In this document: positions 61,069 through 64,000 of the stretch, piece by piece
How the letters are laid out: every line of letters starts with the position of its first letter
Position numbering within the stretch: position 1 is the first letter of the stretch
NCBI GenBank assembly: GCA_963781585.1
Contig: CAWAGQ010000004.1
Location: forward strand, 544,001 to 608,000
Length of the DNA: 64,000 nt
Direction: 5' to 3'
From: an uncultured Gemmatimonadaceae bacterium
GTDB taxonomy: Bacteria; Gemmatimonadota; Gemmatimonadetes; Gemmatimonadales; Gemmatimonadaceae
The notes under the pieces: generated by a model
The model's input: the letters and a program-made list of their open reading frames with translations, nothing else
Told to the model about the DNA's origin: nothing
Databases searched by the model: none
Program-made: the position numbers and the translations under genes

Positions 61069-62057
61069 GCGTTCTCCCAGAGATTCGTCTCGGACGGATC
61101 AGATTCCGAGATCGTTGTTCCGCCCTCTCCACGCACCGCGGTCCGCCCGCGATGCAGCTCCGTGATGATCGCCCGGCCCGAGGTGTGCCTGACGAAATCG
61201 ACGGCCGCCCGCACCTTGGGAGCCATGCTTCCCTCGCCAAAGGCCCCGGCGCGGTCGAGTCGCTCCGCCTCGTCCACCGTGAGATGCCGAAGCGGGCGCT
61301 GTTGCGGCGTCCCCCAATCCAGGTAAACCGCATCCACGTCGGTGAGAATAAGGAGCAGCTTGGCGCCCAGATCCCGCGCGAGCACCGCGCTCGCGAGGTC
61401 CTTGTCCACCACCGCGTCCACTCCTTCCCAACCCTGCCGCTCGTTGTCGAAGAAGACCGGCGCGCCGCCGCCACCGCACGCGATGACGATGGTGCCGCGC
61501 TGGACCAGTGTCCGAATGGTGGACAGTTCGTGAATGGCCAGCGGACGCGGACTGGCCACCACGCGCCTCAGGCGTCCTTTCCCATCCGGTCGGACGACGA
61601 ACCCTTCGGCGCGGAGTGCCTCCGCCCGGTCCGCGTCAACCTCATGGCCGATGAACTTCGATGGTGCGCCGAGCTGCGGGTCTTCGGGATCCACGTGCGT
61701 CTGCGTGACGACCGTTACGACATCGCGTGCGCTTCCGTTGCGACGGAGCGCATTGTCCAGCGACTGCTGGATCATGTAGCCGATCCATCCCGCGGTGCCG
61801 GCAACCAGCACGCCAAGCGGAAGCGGCGTTACCGCCTCGCGGCCCATTTCGTTTCGCAGCAATTCGTCTCCCACCTGCGGGCCGTTCCCGTGCGATACGC
61901 ACAGGTTCCACCCATCGAGTGCGAGATCGACAATCGGCCCCAGGCTTTCGCGCGTGTGACGGAACTGATCGTACACGGTCGACCGTTCGCCCGCCGGCGC
62001 AAGCGCATTGCCGCCGAGCGCGATTACCGCGATCGGGTTCCGCTTTCGTGGAGGCAT
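61065..62057 (-). CDS. arcC: carbamate kinase
   Basis: IALGGNAL, HGNGPQVG, PSKFIG, RRVVASP, GGGG.P, VVDKDLAS, GSMAPKV. Confidence 0.92.
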   Translation of the reverse strand: MPPRKRNPIAVIALGGNALAPAGERSTVYDQFRHTRESLGPIVDLALDGWNLCVSHGNGPQVGDELLRNEMGREAVTPLPLGVLVAGTAGWIGYMIQQSLDNALRRNGSARDVVTVVTQTHVDPEDPQLGAPSKFIGHEVDADRAEALRAEGFVVRPDGKGRLRRVVASPRPLAIHELSTIRTLVQRGTIVIACGGGGAPVFFDNERQGWEGVDAVVDKDLASAVLARDLGAKLLLILTDVDAVYLDWGTPQQRPLRHLTVDEAERLDRAGAFGEGSMAPKVRAAVDFVRHTSGRAIITELHRGRTAVRGEGGTTISESDPSETNLWENA

Positions 62058-62239
62058 AGGACTCGGCGGTGCAAGCTAAGTATCCGTTCTGAAACTCGGG
62101 AACGGGTTCGGGAAGATAGAACAAAGTGACGCATCCGGTGATGGTGCGCTTCGAGCACTGCTGTACGTTCTTTGTCGAGACTCCAACACCATCAGGAGGC
62201 CGCCATCAGGCCGGCGGCCGCCAGAGGAGGCACCGGGGG

Positions 62240-62630
62240 ATGCTTCACTGGGCGCCATAGCTCCCGCTCACCGCGCAGTGGATCGCCCCATGCGCACGCC
62301 ACGGAGTTGCCGGCGATGAGCGCGGCGCTGGATGAGCAAGCTGCGCTCACCGCCCTCGCTCAGCAAGATCTTGACGCCGCCTGTCCCAGGAATCCCCGCA
62401 CCGGCCGGTCCGGGCTCACGGCCGACCGGCCGCTGCGCGTCCTCATCCTCCGCCAACTCACGGGGTGGACCTATGCGGAGCTCGCGTTTCACCTCGCCGA
62501 CTCCGCCGCGGCGCTTGGCGCACGGTTCACGCCAGGTCGTACTGCAGCGCGACGCAGTGTCGAGGCGAAGCACGCGGTCCAGCGACTCACGGAATGCTCG
62601 GCGCCCCCACCTCCGCTCGAATCTCCGTGA
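62240..62630 (+). pseudogene. degraded N-terminal fragment of an IS transposase (ISNCY/IS5-like)
   Basis: GAGGAGG RBS, ATG 62240, TAG at 62258-60, extra C near 62288, then HAHATEL.AMSAALD...TGRSGLTA...LRVLILRQLTGWTYAELAFHLADS; no DDE domain follows. Confidence 0.7.
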
Positions 62631-62970
62631 CGCCGCACGCGTCGTCGCGGCCGCGCGCTGCGCGCGGGCGCGTGGGGACTCGCGCCAAGCGCGACGGGGG
62701 GCCATCGTGCACATGGCCGACACCATCCAGCTGGCCGCGGGTGTGATCTGGGAGAGCTGGGCGATCCTGGCCTACGACCTCGATACGCTCAGCACACGCG
62801 GTGCCCTCCGCGCGATCACCGGCTCAACGGGGGGGCCGCAAGTGTGGTCGTTTTCGACCCAACCATGCCCGGAACTTCCAGTGGCGACATCAAGACGCCC
62901 TTCGATCGCGACGACGCGGAGTGGCGCGCCCTCCGTTGCGCCTCAATTCTCATTCTTACGGGGGAAGGAG

Positions 62971-63453
62971 CTATTGCGTCTCAAATACGAAAACACTGGA
63001 TGTACCAGCGACCCGCGGTAGCACCCTTCCATTCACGTCGGTAAGTCCCAGGATCAACCGGTACTCTCCGCCGGTTCCGGCGTACGGCCATTCGCCAGGC
63101 GGTGAGGGAACTACCTTCTGAACCACCAAGGTGTCGTCCAGCACCCCACCTGCAGGCACGTTAACGTAGCAGCCGGACGTGGGGAGGTACGACGGCTCAC
63201 GCCACACCGTCGCCCAGGCATCGGCGCCATGCTGCTCAATGCTGCGGCCGCAACGGTACAGCCTGATGGGGTCGCGAGTGGTATTCCGGATAACGTAGGC
63301 GATCGAGAAGTGCACACTCGGGCCCTCAACGGACCCACGCGCGGAGGCCACGTCAACCGCTGGAAAGTCCTCCGGGGCGGCGGCCGAATGACAAGCTGCC
63401 ATTGCCGCCACCCACACGCCCAGCCCCGTGGCCACCCCAAACCTTCGTACCAT
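62971..63453 (-). CDS. hypothetical lipoprotein (Ig-like beta sandwich?)
   Basis: GGAGG RBS, MVRRFG...AAMAAC lipobox, YVIRN.T..PI, GEYRL. Confidence 0.6.
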   Translation of the reverse strand: MVRRFGVATGLGVWVAAMAACHSAAAPEDFPAVDVASARGSVEGPSVHFSIAYVIRNTTRDPIRLYRCGRSIEQHGADAWATVWREPSYLPTSGCYVNVPAGGVLDDTLVVQKVVPSPPGEWPYAGTGGEYRLILGLTDVNGRVLPRVAGTSSVFVFETQ

Positions 63454-63535
63454 AGGTACCTCCCGCCAGATCAAACACGCAATGCGCGACTCGACAGCTC
63501 GTTGAGTGAACCGTAGCGCCCCACGCAACGCGCCA

Positions 63536-64000
63536 TTAGGGCATTGGATTCAAGGTAAGGCCCAGGTGGGAAACGATGTTGCTCCATGAACTGAACCAGA
63601 TCTCGCAGCCAGACGTACAAGTCTCCCCATTTCGGCCAGTGGTTCCGGCAAAAAGAATGCCTACATGAAAGTACCAGTTTCCCTGCACGAGCCAGAACAC
63701 AGGTGCCCCGCTGTCGCCGCCGCCAACACGACTGCCGGTCATCCGTGCTGCACAGAGCACGAGCGTAGTATCGCCGCCTACCTCGTAAACTGGCTGGTAT
63801 TCGCAGGTCGCGGCCACCGTCCCGCGTGTCCACCCGGTCGTCCTGCCCACTTTGTCTACGGTCTGTCCCACATAAGCATCTTGCGGACCGTATGTGTTGG
63901 TGAACCACCCATGCGCTTCAAGGGAGCCGGCGCCGTAGTTCTGACCAAGCACATCAGTATAGGCTACGCGCTTGGCACCCGTGTCGGCAGGGGTGTTGGC
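63536..64000 (-). CDS. trypsin-like (S1) serine protease, C-terminal part (5' truncated)
   Basis: VDKVGRTTGWTRGTV and GGGDSGAPVF catalytic-Ser motif, HVGILFAG; frame open to the window edge. Confidence 0.8.
   Translation of the reverse strand, partial: ANTPADTGAKRVAYTDVLGQNYGAGSLEAHGWFTNTYGPQDAYVGQTVDKVGRTTGWTRGTVAATCEYQPVYEVGGDTTLVLCAARMTGSRVGGGDSGAPVFWLVQGNWYFHVGILFAGTTGRNGETCTSGCEIWFSSWSNIVSHLGLTLNPMP

Overview
High-GC bacterial chromosomal window, made almost entirely of core genes of a diderm (LPS-making) bacterium. Gene content and protein style suggest Gemmatimonadota, which is an inference. The + strand arm (1-25.2 kb) carries lpxB, a DUF374 acyltransferase, lpxK, gdhA, rlmH, bshC, murJ, uvrC, thrC, larC, a secreted TPR protein, a PDZ/radical-SAM DUF512 gene, der, plsY, gpsA, a MerR regulator, surE, [an inverted SGNH hydrolase + lldD pair], pcm, an acidic disordered protein, acyP, apt, tRNA-Arg(CCT), a YfgM-like TPR protein and a candidate ~180-nt structured ncRNA. 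The - strand arm (25.6-62 kb) carries arcC-sucCD-ndk, yceD-rpmF-plsX-fabHDG-acpP-fabF-mqnE-mqnA, [an inverted pair of secreted barrel-less TonB-plug-like genes flanked by two repeat arrays], mqnC, ispF, dedA, xerD, trpG/pabA and an MFS gene. It continues with a ~16.7-kb tightly coupled kdsB-pyrG-kdsA-kdsC-kdsD-lptC-lptA-lptB-rpoN-GT2-GT4-flippase-like-YfhO-Ppm-dapF cluster. The right end holds a degraded transposase and the edge of an accessory region (lipoprotein, S1 protease). No CRISPR array, rRNA or prophage was seen. The best candidates for undescribed biology are three: (i) the sigma54-box-headed Kdo/Lpt/rpoN/glycosylation operon, whose LptB has an extra ~150-aa possibly winged-helix domain; (ii) the repeat-flanked barrel-less SusC/TonB-plug cassette; and (iii) the 25.45-25.63 kb ncRNA candidate. 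All family assignments come from recognising motifs by eye; no database searches were run.
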